Shown: positions 1 to 15,200 of the stretch, piece by piece
Layout: the number at the start of each line of letters is the position of its first letter
Position numbering within the stretch: the stretch's first letter is position 1
Assembly (NCBI GenBank): GCA_037379345.1
Contig: CM074514.1
Span: forward strand, 6,696,001 to 6,760,000
Length of the DNA stretch: 64,000 nucleotides
Origin: Perna viridis
Taxonomy: Eukaryota
Direction: 5' to 3'
Notes under the pieces: model-generated
Databases searched by the model: none
What the model saw: only the letters and a program-made list of their open reading frames with translations
Told to the model about the DNA's origin: nothing
Made by a program: the position numbers and the translations under genes

Positions 1-647
1 GTTAAGAAAGATGATACTATACTGTGTGATGAGTAATACTAATGGATGAGATCACCGACTATGCTGGTAATAATTTACAATGATAATTAAGATAATTGTC
101 ATAACTAATTGTACTTAGTATTGTAATGGCCGAGTGTAAATAGATACTATAATAATAACAGTTGCAAATTTTTGATAGAAAGATTAAGTTTGCATAAAAT
201 ATATAAATTCAGATTATTATTAGTCTAATTGGTTCACAATAACCAAATTATGAATTTAAATGGTACCCCTTGAATCAGAAATGTTCCACCTCAGCTTCTG
301 TAGACCATGGGAATTATCCTAATATACCATTGATGTATATGTTGATATAGTAATATGATTCACAGATGACAGTTTGTTAGTAAATATTGAATATGACGTT
401 GATTTGTCAGTAGGATATGATTACTGTGGTCTGGTCTTTGACTAAGTATAAAGATTTGCCTATTTTCTCAAGAAAAGGTTTCACTAGGATGTATAAAAAT
501 GTTACTATTGATTTTTTTTATACTGATTAGTTTCTTTAATTTATAGCACTGAAGTCAAGTCCTGTTAATTTGAGTCTTAAAGACATGATTGATTCCCCAA
601 TAGAATGTCCATGAAATAAGTTGAAATATTGGTAATAAAGAACTGGC

Positions 648-809
648 TGATTTGAATGGATGATATATAGTAAGAGAAGGAGTATAGAGCAAGTCTGAAG
701 TGATGATTTGAATGGATGATATATAGTAAGAGAAGGAGTATAGAGCAAGTCTGAAGTGATGATTTGAATGGATGATATATAGTAAAAGAAGGAGTATAGA
801 GCTGAAGTG
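648..809. repeat. 56-bp tandem repeat, ~3 copies
   Basis: tgatttgaatggatgatatatagtaag... at 648, 704 and 760. Confidence 0.9.
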
Positions 810-3800
810 CTACTTATAATGTTTTTTTTTTACAGATTTGCCAATTTTTATTAAAATTCAGTCAACTTATTGCTCAGCCACTCTGTTAGAATGACCTGTT
901 TGGCATCCTTGATTTTTTCCTCAATAACCTTGGTCAGCCAGATTCTATCCTTCATCAGTTTATAGCCAGGGTCCATTCCATAGAACTTCTTTCAATGAAA
1001 AGGCCAGTAGAACTGGATAATTATGGATCAGAGTTTATACTGAATACAAATATCTTTAATGTCACAAAGTGGGGATTACTGTTTCAAAGCAAGAGAGTAG
1101 CACACATCACTGAAGGAAACTAATCTGCATTCTCAAACATAAAGGCTGAAATATGATTGGCTTTTAAGAAGTGTCCCTTAATAAATACTGCATGTAGTGT
1201 CTGAATGTAATAATTAGTAGGTCCAATAAAGAGTAGATTTGCTCCTATGTTGGCTTCTTCCAAAGCAAGTGGTCAATTGCTCCTGTTATATCTAATTTTG
1301 TTAGGTTAGTAGGCAAGTACTTAATTCAGCCTCAGTTCTAGATTAAGGAGTGATGGAATTTTATCTTTGTTTATACAGAGGGATTCTAAATTTGGCTGTC
1401 CGTCCTTTGTAAGTTCATATGTATAGTCATTCATTCACATTTGAAGAACCCTGAAACAGTACATCATTGTAACTTAAAAAAAATACTTTGAAAATTTATG
1501 TAAAAAATGTTACAGAAAAACTTATTCAATTTTTAATAAAAACTTTAATGATCAAGACTAAATATAAGTATTAACAGACTAAATACATGTAGATGAGATA
1601 GTACATGTAGGTTATTACAAATGATTTAATATCAGTGGATTAGTCTGTTATTGTAGATTATTTTTGGCAGTTATGAACAGAACAGCTGGCTAGAAGCCAT
1701 ATGTTGGTGTAGACACACAAAATCTATATTGATGATATTGGAACTCTGTTTGCATGCATATCTGTCTGCAAAACATGTGCTGATTTTTTAAAGGAGGTAG
1801 AAATAGGTTTAAACTTTTAATGAGATAAAATGTATTGATGGATTCTGGGAATTGAACCAAATTTATGTCTGGTATTATATGAGAGAGATGCTGCTGGTCA
1901 CATTCCAGGTTTCAATTAAAAATTCTCTGGGTAGTGAAGTGTTGTAACCTGTTTATAATATTCTCAGGGGGCACTTTTAATTCATTTTGGTATGTACCAA
2001 TTTAGAATTTGGCAGATAGGGTGGACATTCATTCAGAACTGATGTCTTGTTAAATTCTGCAATGGTATTAATATCTGTATTGTTGAGATGGAAGTGGATT
2101 TGAATCTGGTTAATAGGTACTAAGTAGACTAGTCTCTCTTAAATATACACACCAGTATTCTTTTATAAAAAATCATTATTCATTCCCTATTCATCTGCAG
2201 TACAAAGATGGTTTTTATATTTAACACTGTAGATATACAGTAAATGTACTAATTTTCGCTATTTCCATGTCGAGCAGAAAATCACGATAGATAGTACCAG
2301 CAAAATTGATTTTAAGCTTTTTATAACACTAATCATTTTTTAAACTTTGAAAATTAATACCTGTGAGTATGTTCACATGAAAGAATCTACAAAAACTAGC
2401 AGCCACAAAATACATGTATAGTAAACATTTCGTAAAATATCAATACAGAGAAACTTGTAGCAAGTCTAAGGACGAAGCATCAATGATATACAATATACAT
2501 GTAGTAGTAAGGTAGTCTGTTACATGCATTACTCAAAAGTGTTATGTTGAATTTGGATTCTGGAAGTGTTCGTTTTAAAGTTAAGCTCAGGCATAGAGTG
2601 AGTGTTCTAAGAAGTCAAGGATAACATGTTTAAAGATCTGTTCCTTATACTCAAAGCCTAAAACCATATTGGACATTAAATGTATACTCAGCTACTTGAT
2701 CCCTTTAACAGATTGACCTAGATTCTCCAAGAAAATATTGTGTTTAGGTAGGTAAAATGACCAGAAATATCTATAACATATTGGCATCCTCAAGGTAACC
2801 ATATGGTTTCAAGGATATTCTGTTTTTCTTTTCATCCAGAACAGATGTTTAAATTAAGTGTGCCTGTTATTTTTCTTTTCTGAGTAAATACACTGATAGA
2901 TTGACCAATAGGGTTCCCACTCCTGTTAATCATATATTTGACCATTTATGCAATGTATTGATACTTAGTACCAGGTGTATTTAATCTAAATTTAGTTAAA
3001 AGTGTGTTAGTTTCTCAGAAAAATAAGGTCAATCTTCCTTGTATATTTCGTGTTTAGAGAGGTATTTGAGTTATCCCCCTTTAAGCAGATTAACGAAGCA
3101 ATTTTACATCACATCCTTGTACTAAAACTACATGTATACAAAAGGGAAGGATTATATTGCTCCAATCTAATTACATATAGCTGTATATCTTTTTGTAAAA
3201 AAAAAAAACTTGATTGAAAAAAAAAATTATGTAATGTTCAGATTATAGTTGACCTCCAATCCATTTTTACAACAGGTAATTTTTTCAAGGTTTTAACTTT
3301 TGTTTTATTCCTGAGGATAGTGGAATGTCAACATTACACTTTTTGCTGTAGTTTTCTTTAAGTCTTTAAGTTACAGTCATAAAATTAAAGATGGCTAAAA
3401 CTTAGGAGCCTGCTTCATAGCAAAGAGGTCGTGAAATTAGGCATCAAAGGTATTTGCAGTGAAGTATTCTCTTATATAATTCTAAAAGATGTCAAATCAG
3501 AATTGGCAAATGACACTGTTTGCTCATTTGTTAGTGGCATACAAAAAATCAAAACATTGAATGATGTATTGACTGAACATGTATTGTCTGAACTCAATGT
3601 AAAAACAGGTATGTATAGTGCTTATGTCCCATTCTGATTACTATTCTGAAAATTATCTGTCCATTTTGATGTTTTAAAAACTGTAAAAACCTCTTGGGAT
3701 AAAGATTTTGTTATGATCTGTTCAAATACAAACAGTTAATTATACAATAAAATAGATTATTGCTGCTTTTGAAGAAATGTATCTTTCCCAAATCTAATGT

Positions 3801-4465
3801 TCTTTCCAAATTTCATCTAAAATTAAATCTTTATCACAGTTTGTGAGACAATTTAATGATCATTAGCATCGATCTAATGTTTTTTCAACCTTGAAGAAAA
3901 TAATATCAAAACTTCATGTTGAGATATTGCTGAACTGTGCCAAATTCCAGAGATTTACCTGCTTCAAACTCGTCAAAGTTAGACAAGATGAGACCCTGGG
4001 ACATCAAAGCTTAGAATACAAGTTGAGTGAATGCACCTGTAACCTTAAGTGAATGTTTGTATTTATCCTTAGGTTTGATTATAATAAATTTTTAAAAAGA
4101 TCTAATTACAAGTTTATTATGTGAGATGAAGTGATCAAATAAGCTGTCTGTTAAATATAATTGGTGAGATCTCCTTAACCAGTGAAGTCTTGTTCTTCCG
4201 TCTCATGATTTAGCAGTCTGTCTTTGCAAAACTTCGTAGTAAACACCCTAGGATCTATACCCCTGTAATGGATAATTTCATGGTCATTTGATAAAGTTAC
4301 ATGACGGGGGATGTAATCCTTTGCTTATTCTTTGTTTTTTATTTTTTTTAATCCTATAATAGTATGGCACTGGTGTCTGTGTTGTTGTTGTCAGTGTCAT
4401 CTTCACATGTGTCGTTGTCTGTAGACACTTTCATGTGATAACTTGAATATTAGTTGGTTGATCTA

Positions 4466-5147
4466 CAGTCAAACCTTGGTAGCTCGAACTCCAAGGGACC
4501 ATTGAAATGTGTTCAAGTTATCAGGAGTTCGAGAAATTGAAGTTCGTATATATTTTCAGATTTCTTTCGTTGCCGGTCCAAGTTCGACTTTATGGTTAGA
4601 AATTGCTTACTTTCTCGGAAGTTGTGTTAGATCGTGGATCTTTTTCATTCGCTTTCGGAAGATTATGTTGATTTGTGGACATTAAAAATGCTGTATTTTC
4701 TTTTAAAAACAATCAGAGTGCCGGTCAATTGGTCAATAATTTGTTTACATTCGATTTTCTTTCATGGTTTCATCATACCGACTTCGGTACATTCTCGAAC
4801 TTCAATCAGTTTTATGTTAAGATCAAAACTACCTAATTAGTGATGACTTAAATATTACCTGTAATTAACTAAAATGACACTGATTAATGATAGAGTTTCA
4901 GTTTTTCATACCTTTTATTACCCAAACTGACAAAATGGCTGACGAGTTCGAGTTAGTGAGGGTTATCCACTAAGATTTATTACCGAACGGACCGACTAGT
5001 CAGTTTGAGTTGTTGAGAAATCGAAGTCGAGAAACCCAAGGTTATTTATATTGATTATATAGGAGAAAATTTTGGTACTTTGAATTATGTTCAAATTATA
5101 TCCCGGGTGTTCGAGCCATCTGATTTTGAGCGAGTGAAGTTCGACTG
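4466..5147. mobile_element. Tc1/mariner-type non-autonomous element (MITE)
   Basis: TA|CAGTCAAACCT..GCTCGAA ... TTGAGCGAGTGAAGTTCGACTG|TA terminal inverted repeats with TA flanks; CpG-rich relative to the surrounding intron. Confidence 0.8.
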
Positions 5148-5330
5148 TATATGAAAGTTAATAACAAGGTTTTGACTTGAACTTTTTTTTATTTGGGGTA
5201 AAAAACGGGCCTATAACAAGCACTTTCCTTATGACCAGACAATCACTGTAGTAAAAGTGAATGGATCTCATATGAATTTAACTACAATGTGCCACAGCAC
5301 TAAAGGAAGACTTGACTTAATATTTATGTA

Positions 5331-5818
5331 GGGGCCAGAAACTACAAGGTGCCATCCCCCCCACCAAAGGAAGTAAAAACAAGGGGCCAGAAACAACGAG
5401 GTGCCGATCCCCCAAAGAAAGTAATAACAAGGGGCCAGAAACTACAAGGCGCCATTGCCACAAAGGAAGTAAAAACAAGGGGCCAGAAACAACAAGGTGC
5501 CAATTCCCCAAGGGAAGTAATAACAAGGAGCCAGAAATTACAAGGTGCCATTCCCCCAAAGGAAGTAAGAAAAAGGGGCCAAAAACTACAAGGTGCCTTT
5601 CCTCCAAAGGAAGTAAGAACAAGGGGCCAGAAATTACTAGGTGCCATTCCCCCAAAGGAAGTAAGAACAGTGGGCCAGAAACTACAATGTGCCATTCCCC
5701 CAAAGGAATTAAGAACAAGGGGCCAGAAATTACTACAATGTAGGTGCCATTCCCCCAACGGAATTAAGAACAAGGGGCCAGAAATTACTACAATGTAGGT
5801 GCCATTCCCCCAAAGGAA
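5331..5818. repeat. 48-bp minisatellite, ~10 copies
   Basis: aaggggccagaaactacaaggtgccattcccccaaaggaagtaagaac. Confidence 0.95.
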
Positions 5819-8800
5819 TATTTTTTCGCCGTTCAGTATATCATAAGGGCAGGTAAACTTTACTCATGGCCTGTTTAGGCAAAACTTGCCTGCTTGACCA
5901 GTTGGACATATTTTCTTAATGCTACCTCAGCAGTACTGCTTTTATGAAGATAGCTTGAATAATCAGATGTAGTATTTTTTTTTTCTGTTTAAGTGGACTT
6001 TATAAAAATTGATCTGAACAATAATTATAATATTATGATAGTCAAAGTGCCCGATGATTTTCTAGGGCTATGATTCAAATATAAGCTGGTTCAGTGAAAC
6101 ACAGTTGGTCCATAAAAAGGTAGATTTTTGTACTTAACATTGTTCAGAGTCTTGCCAGTGTTGGTGTGTCATAGCTGAATTAGTTGGTTGAATGGTTAAC
6201 CAACTGTCTGTGACGTTTAGTTCAGTTGTTATTTGATGAACTTCGCAGTGATACTTTCAAGTACAATAACTTGGTGTTTCTGGCTTGGTCCATACTTACA
6301 GAGTTCAAGTAATTTTTGGAAAGAATTTTTATTAGAAATTTCATTTTTGAAGGGTGTGGTGCCATCATTTGTTGTGATCAGAGACACTTGCATTCGTACT
6401 AAGTAAAAGGATCTTTAAAGTAATGACGTGAACATTACCAATTCTATTAACTGGACTGGATATTGGTATTAGCTGTATGTGCTGCCCTTGGACTGTAAAA
6501 CATTGATTTTGGCCTGTTATTATTTAATGATTTTGCATGACGTTTTAAGGAAAAAAAATTTGAGTTTAATTTTGGCCTTTAATCTCTTATGTCTAAAATC
6601 ACACAATGATAGTGTGCATTTTAATTAAACATTCATAAAAAATAGGTTCTCTCACTTGTCAGTGGCAATATGACAATTTTATTGCCTACAGTTATAAGTA
6701 CTGTGACCAGGTCAAACTTCATGTTCTTCAATATGTTCCATTTATATTGGAACTATACCTAGAAGGGCAAATAATGTGGTAGCATTTTATGATTTCTGAC
6801 ATCATATTGCTCAGGAATCACTAGCATGTATATTTTTACTTTGATATTTTGTCAGAAGCTTGATGTTTGGTTGAGAAAGGGACTATTATATTGAAGATGT
6901 TCACATCAAAAGTTCGGGAGAAGGCACTGCCTCATATTCCTGGTTTGGCTGCAACACAAACAAGCTTAGTTTTGACAACTAATATTAATGACTTGTGTAT
7001 TATACATGTAAGTGTCTATTTCTTAGAATTTCTGTTGAGTGGTAAACAATGATCTAAGAAGGAGGTCTTCATGTTCAACATTCCTGTTGGGTACAGCATT
7101 GTGGACTTCATGTTCAACATTCCTGTTGTGTACGGCATTGTGGACTTAGTATGTGTAGATCTTGCTTGAAGTAATGCAGGCAACTGAGAGAAAATGATGA
7201 AAAGAGTAAAGTTGATATGAAGTAGAAACATTTTTCTTTACATTTATAAACCAAAGCAGCTGTGGGGTATCCAATCAATCTTGATGAAAAGTATTGAGAG
7301 AGGTGCCAACTCTTTCTTTTTATACTTGAAAGAATGTCAGCAGTAGTTGATCACTGAATATATTCTTTACTGTAGATGTCAGGAATGATCAATATGTTTC
7401 GATTTGATGTAAAGTTATATCTATATAAATAGTTATTGGCCTTGGACTTTCAGTCTGAGAAATTTTGACAGTGTTGTGACCCCTGAGCTTTTTTGAATGA
7501 AATTTTCTATTGTATACATTGACATCAGTAGTAATTTGTACATGTGAAAAGACAACATCAATATAACAGGTATTGTGAAAATTTTCTTCCCACTAGTGAA
7601 GAATTGTTAAAAAATCAATTAAGAGACTAATTTTTAAGGGAGGAAATCCATTAAGACACCTTTTGAAGGGAGATTGTGATCAGAGAGATATATTAATTGA
7701 TTTTCCAGGCAAGTGAACAGCCACTGATGTCTATTATAAGTAGTCTGAAAAGGTATTAGATTTTAAATAAACAGGACAAGGGAGGTTTTGGCTCTTTGCT
7801 GTGTTGTCTGTCTGGTCATTGTACCACCAGGTCTAACAGGTGACCATATACCCAGGTCTACTATCATTCATTCTCATGTCATATATATCGCCAAATCTGT
7901 CAAAATTTGTGACCATCAGTGTTTTTTATTTCCATGAAGTAGACATGTTAGTTTAACTTCTATGTATTTACACTTGGTTCCCATATTTGTTAGAATTTGA
8001 GGACTGTCTGTAAATTATTTACATAAAGGCTTTAACTATTAACAATGTTTTGATATCTGAAAGTGTTGCATTAATAGGGAGAATTGAAACTAGAAAATCA
8101 CAGATTTTGTTTATATTTACCCAGGAATATTTTACAGTTTATGACTTCATTTTCCTTGAATGTGTATGGGTATCTAAAGGCCGTTTTATAGACACATTTG
8201 AAAAATGCATTTTTTTTAGTGCATTTCTTGTTTATACAGAAATAATTCAGAGGTCAGTAACTTTCATTGGACTGAGATATACAATGTCGAGGTCAAATTG
8301 TAGATATCAGTGTGGTTTGTGGATGTCATTTTATTTTCCTAATGAGTTATTATGTCCAGATAAACTGATTATGTGAGATAATTTTTATAATGTTGGTTAG
8401 CCTGTGCATGATACCATAATGCAGTGGGACACTCTTCAAATTGGATTTGATTTATACATATTGTAAAAACTCTGTATATGAAGAACATTGAATGAAATGA
8501 AGAGGCCATGTTATGAAAAATAGAGCATAATACAAAGGAATCGTTTTGAGATTAAGAGTGAAATGCTGAGACTTTGTTCTTAGAATCATGATTTTATGTA
8601 TTATTGGAAACTCACAACTATCTAATGACAACAAGGGAATTAATACCAACTTAAGACAAACCCTGGTCAGGGTATCTGGCGATAACAGAAAATATGATGT
8701 TTATAATTATGGCAATCGACTTTTGCCCCAGGAGTCACAAATTGCCGGATTGTGCGACAATACTAAAAGATTAGAGTTCCATTCCAAAGGAATTTCTAGG

Positions 8801-9180
8801 TATTGACCATCGTTAGGATTTTGTTTGTTAATGAAAAAAATAGTTTCGTCTTTTACTATTGATCTGTCATAGGGGATTTGTTCACTTGGATAAGTGTCCT
8901 TTTCAAACATTAGAGGTCTTGCTAGTATTTGTTGATGAGCAGTGATTGGAATTAGGAAGTCTTACTTTTGTAACTGAATTTATTCTTTGAAAGGTGATAC
9001 ATAATTCTAATTGATTGACAGTACTGTATATGTAGATCATGGTATTGACAACTTAAATAATTTGTTAAAGGAGCATATCTAAAGTTGGAAGAATCCTGGA
9101 GGTTAATTTCTTAAAAATCCATGTGCATTAGAATGTTCATGAAGTGATAAGTTAAATAATGCTGTTTCTCTTTTTTTTAG

Positions 9181-9256
9181 CTTTGGGAAGAGAACCCCAG
9201 GATGTACAAGGAGACCAAGTGAATGTCTGTTACTAGAACCATCAGAAATGATAGTG
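9181..9256 (+). CDS. RAPGEF2: PDZ-GEF exon, end of first cNMP-binding-like domain
   Basis: tttttttag|C TTT GGG...ATA GTG|gtgtgt; [25 protein letters not shown] resembles the long-isoform motif [11 protein letters not shown]. Confidence 0.85.
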
Positions 9257-12200
9257 GTGTGTATTATTAGAATATTTATATCCAGTTGTCATGGTAATAC
9301 AAAGCTGTGTAATAGATGAAATGTCAGCATTTATTTACACATGCATGTAGACATTTCAATATCTTGTAGAATTCTTAAATATAATCATTTACTCTATATC
9401 TTTACATAAATATTTTGTCAAATCAATTCTTTACTGTTTAAAAGACAATTGTAGTCTAGTTTGGACTGTTACTTGTTAAATTTGGTTGAATGTCCTACTT
9501 AAATTAAGTTCAAGTAATATATTTACCCAATGTAGATTTTGTTATGTATCACAGTATACCAGTATGTATAGATCTATGGTTCTGGAAGTTGTGGTGAATG
9601 ATACTAGATATATCTTATTCCAATGATACTAGACATACCTTATTCCAATATGTCTGACACAGTTAAGTGGGGCATATAAATCATTCATCTATGGGTTGTT
9701 TATCACAGATTTAAATCATTCATCTATGGGTTGTTTTGTCACAGATCTCTTTTGGCAATGTAGTTGCAGCTTTATGAAACTAGGTACATGTATCTCATGA
9801 TATGGATTAGACAAAAACTATAATTCTAATTTAAGAATTCTAAACATGGTTAGTGCTGCATTGACATATATTCTTGTTAGTCTCAGCTTACTATTTAATG
9901 ACTTGATCAATTTAGTCCTGATAGATTTTAACTAAGTAGGTTGAAACCTAAAGAATTTTGACTGTCAAAAGTACTTATCCACAAATCTATTTCTGTTCCC
10001 TTCTTAGTCATGAGGCAGTTATCGATATGAATCAGTTCATTTCCATCCTTATGAAAAATAGGTTAGTTGTGGTGTCAGACAATTGACCAAATGAATGGTT
10101 TATTTTCTATTTGTAAAAGTAGGCACACACGATGAGGAAACGTGTCAGAGGATTAAAACTTAGGTCATCACATAGATATTGTATGACAGATTTCTGCAGT
10201 GCATACAAGCAGAATTACTGTTTTTTTATTTTTCATTTTTTTTTTTCGAGATGAAGTAATCAAAGTAGATCTGATGAATATATACTATAGATTTTGTTAT
10301 TTTCTACCACTACTTAGGGAGTGGTTATACATTAAGTCCCAATCTATTATGTTCCAAGTATCTGCCACATCATTTATTTCAAAGTTTAGTGCCCTAATGC
10401 TACCTTGTTAACAGTCTTAAAGGATGTATATTACAATGTTTAAATGTTTGGAGTTGTCAAAAACTTTGCATTTAAATTTAACTTTTTAGGATCAGGGGGG
10501 ATCCAGGATTTTAGATTAGGGGGGTGTACAGTTAAAAATTTTTTAGGTTAAATTTTTGAAATATTCTGCTAGAGGGGGTGCAATGTAGATATCTTTTGTG
10601 GTGAAATTAGTGAGAAATTAAATTTCAACCTGAAACTGACTTAATCTACCCCTGACAACCCATGCTTTGCAAGTTTTAGTTAAATTTCCTGGTTTTGTGA
10701 GATGTATTGTTGAATTTATAGAATGAATTAGACTCAAGAATTTTAAGCTTTGAATGATGCAGGAAGGATATGCATTCACTTTAGTAGACTTTAATATGTT
10801 CAAATAGAGTTTTGTAGGACAGTATAAAGCATGTTTTTATATGAATCCATACACAATTTGCTTTGTAAGATTTAGATTACACTATATGTTGAGTTAGCAT
10901 CAAAGCATGGCAAAAAATGGAAATTATAAGACCCCAAAAATTTGTGGTCGTTAAATGTTATTTCCTGTCTTTCACTTTCAGGCATTATTGTTTTGTTGTC
11001 TGTGAACTTTGGGTTTCCACACAAGCTGTGTAGTTACGATGAAATTACAAAGTTGGTACCAAGTCAGGTTGAGATTGATTTTCGTGGTTAAGACCCTAAG
11101 GTTTTTATAGCATGCCATGTCACATGGAAAACAATCATGTCAGTTAGCTACAGGAATTCTGTCCTCACATTCTTCTCATTTTTCAGTTTTGAGCCATCTT
11201 TTTTTTTTTTAAGTTTAAGAATGATTTTATTTTAGTTTGGTATATAACTTTGACATAAATGTGCTATATGGTTACTACCTGTTAAAATTAAGCAGTAGAT
11301 TGATGATATTACCTCCATAGCAGTAGATTGATGATGTTACCTCCATAGTCCTTGCATACATGTAAATAGATACCAGCTTCCTTATTGACAAACTTAAGGA
11401 GTAGGAGAAAACAGGGCTTTGTGGGGGGATTCTCTTACCATTGTTGACATAACTGTAAAAATGAATAATTTCAGAATATCCACTTCATGTATATTTTGTT
11501 ATAGGAGGGGGAAAAGAGGTCTTATGACTAGATTTTATTTGTATTGTAGATATGACATAATTTTCTGTGTAAAAGACAGTATGTTTTTCATTTTTTTTTT
11601 ACAGATAGATTGCTATATTACACATTTTGTGTTTAAATGCCCTAGTTATTACCATTATATCAAGTAGTTAGAATTGCCAAATATGATCAGCTCAGAGTTC
11701 AACATCTGAAACAATATTTCACAACTCTAACTACATGTACACTGATCTCCTGTTGTGTATTTTCCTGTTAGTAATACATGTACTACAAGCCTACACAATC
11801 CTTCCTCACAGTACAAGGATGCTTGTTATAGATACTGTCCTTACCGGGAAAATAATTAAGTGATGATATTCAGAGAAAAAAAAAGATGGAAATTTTGTTT
11901 GCTGAATCAATACTATAGGACTTTTATGTGTGTGGTTGATCAACTGTAAATACACTTCATTGTTTAGGATATTAATTCAGAAGGATTTATATTTAAGTGT
12001 CTTTGTTCACTAGCAAGCAGGTAACTTCTTATATAGAATTTATGCTAAAATGCAGACTAAAAATCCTATTGTTGAATATGATACTGAAGGCAGCAGTTGT
12101 TTATAAAACATGCTTATGTTCTGTAAATACTTTGAATTAGTATGAGTGGGTTGGAAAAATAATCACTTGCTGACTTTAGTTAATAAGAGATATTCAGCCC

Positions 12201-15200
12201 ATTAATATGGTGTGTGGATGTAGGGTTTCTTTTTGTTTTTTCAATTCCCATTAGTAATAAATTGTCATGTTTTAGTTTTTAATCCAAAAAGGCAGTGTTT
12301 ATTAAGAATTTATTTTTTGCAAAAAAATGTGAATGGATTATTGATTCATGGGAGGGGAGGGATTTTTTCACAATATATGTATATATTGCAAAAATGCCCA
12401 AAAATGGCAAAATTGCAAAAGTAAGCGAACAGTGTTTTACCTTTTAAAGAAACTGGAGATCATCATGCCAGTAGATGTATCACTTCCCTATTTCTGGTTT
12501 TGATTTGTCTGTTTATCTGTAGTGTAATGTATTGAAATCCATGAAAGGGGTAATTAAGAAATATATCAGACACAGTTTCTTTTGTTCCTATTAAGTAGCT
12601 GAACATTTCACACAGACTTCCAGTGGTCCCTATACACATATGTTTATTTTACTTTCATGTATTTTCAAAAGTATAAAAAGAAGATCCTTGTCATTTTCAT
12701 TGCTTTACAGCTTATATCATCAAAATCACCAAGTATTATAGGTTTAATGGCTGCGTAACATGCCTTACCAACTTTTGTTTGTGCACCATCCGAAGTAGCT
12801 AGTGTAAACCTGCTGTTAGATTTAGACAAAGGACTAAAAGTAGTTAATGGTGCACAGTTATATACAGTTGTACTGTTTCCTTCAAAAAACTAACCTGAAT
12901 CCAAGTTACAATAATGGTTTTGTGTGGTACACTGTTTATACAATATATATATGGCAATGTTTTTTGTCCCCTTTCGGCAAATGCCGAAGGGGACTTAGGT
13001 TTGCACTCCGTCCGTCAGTCTGTCAGTCCGTCAGTCACACTTGGTTTTCCGGACTTTTTTTTTGTAATACCTCATCCAATTGATTTCATATTTGGTATAT
13101 AGTCTTATCATGACAAGTTACAAGTTCAGTTAAAATGATGTTACGGTTGATTGATTTTACAGAAGTTATGGCCCTTGGACATAGAAAATTTCATGAAATT
13201 TTATGTTTTCCGGACTTTTTATGGTAATGCCTCATCCAATTGATTTCATATTTTGTATATAGTCTTATCATGACAAGTTACAAGTTAAGTTTGAATGACA
13301 TTATGGTTAAACGATTTTTACAGAAGTTATGGCCCTTGGACATAGAAAATTTCATGAAATTTTATGTTTTTCGGACTATTTTTTGTATTTAGCTAGTCTT
13401 ATCATGACAAGTTACAAATTAAATTTAAATATTATTACAGCAAAATGGTTTATATGGAACTTATGGCCCTTTAACATAGAAAATTATATAAAATTTTATG
13501 TTTCATCATTTTGATGGAAATTGCTGCTATTTTTTATTATTATTAGTTATTTGCCCTTTAATTCATAATAACAAAGTTTTTTTCAACTTTCAGGTGATAG
13601 AAAGAGAATGTCTTTATGCAACTTTCTGTAATGCAAAAATGTTATTATCTACTGTAAAATGAAGCTCAGGTTTGATTTTGATGGAATTTGCTTTTGCTGT
13701 TCAAGAGTTATTTTTTTTTGATTGTTAAAAAAGTAACACCATCCATTGTTAGTTCACATATATAAAAAAAAATCTCATAAAGGCAATGAGTTCAAAGGCC
13801 GAAAGGGGACACAGTATGCATCAGCAATACTGTCAGAATGCTTGTTGATGTTGAAGATGCATACAGTTCTTTGTTGTCTTGGATTTACTCCTTATCACAA
13901 GCTAGCTATTTTTACTTAGGTACATTATTTTTACAGATTTAAGACACTAATATTGTGAAGTGTTGAGACAAAAAGGCTTTGTAACCTTTTTACTTCAAAT
14001 TACTCCTGCTATTTTATGAAACATGGTGCTTTTCAGTTGGTTTTTAAAGTACCTTAAATTTTAAGCTCAGTCATTTTTTTTTTTTCAAATATGTTACCCT
14101 AGTGACTGATTTTTTTCTGTAGACAGTATAAAAGATGATGTTAATAAGTTTCACAAATCTCCTGAAATAAAAAATATATAATTAATGTTAGATAAATGCT
14201 GGAATTTGCATTTTGACTACCAATAATTTCTTTATTTTAACAAAGTGGGGTGATATTTTCTGTAGTTACCCTATAACTTTTATATGCCTAAGACATAAAC
14301 TATAACTACAGTATGCGGACCTGATAGATTATTTGGTGAGATATGATATACTAATATAATGTTGACACTTTCCTACAATGGTTCGAGTGCCCCTTTTATC
14401 TATCTACTTCATGTGCCTCAGGAAAAGGAAGAGGCGGAGGAGAGGATGTTGTAACTTGTGGATAACACCCTAAAATGTCCTTTTGTGGTCATATTGTGTA
14501 TAGATTTTTTAAAAAAAATTCTTTCAATGATAAAGGTACTTGACTGAGAATTTTGGAATTAATAATCTTTCTAGCAACTGGAACTGAGATTTGTTTCCAA
14601 CAGTAGTCTTTATTTTTAGTTTCCCAACTGGACTCGTTGTTTTGTTTTTTAAAGTAAAGTACTTGTATATATGTATTCATTTCCCTGTATGGAAATTGAT
14701 GGTGAGTAATTAGAAAGTAAAAGAACTCCTATGAATAAGATATCAGCAGCTCTTATATAATGGGTTTTGAAATAACTGCTTTACTTGGATCTTTAGTCTT
14801 CCTGACAGACATATAGCTTTAGGCAATCTTTAAACAGAGCAAATGGTGAAGAAAGATGAATACTTCCTTGTATTATTGGGCTTTGAGCATTTTTTATGCC
14901 CTTCATTTTGGTGTAATTTATTTGCTTGGCCGTCATCTGAATTCATTTCCCAAAATACTTTTTGTTGAATGGAACATCATCAGTGTTTATTGACGTCCGC
15001 TGAGTAAACATTGCCATGTTTTTCCTACAGAGTTGTAATATTGATTTCACTTAATTATTTTCTATTCAGTGACCCGTCTTCTATATTTAGTTATATATTT
15101 ATGATTCAATCAATTAGCTAATCATATATGCATTCATTATTACTGTTGGTGGGTATGGGATGGCTAAATAAACGGGTCATTCCCTGTGTACATTTTTAAA

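Noticed and set aside
5317-5798. Three overlapping 133-149 aa repetitive ORFs
   Set aside because: Translations of a 48-bp minisatellite within an intron; no splice or homology support
6867-7007. ORF ending at a gtaagt donor in the 5' intron
   Set aside because: Its phase 0 end is incompatible with the 9181 exon (phase 2), and it shows no family similarity
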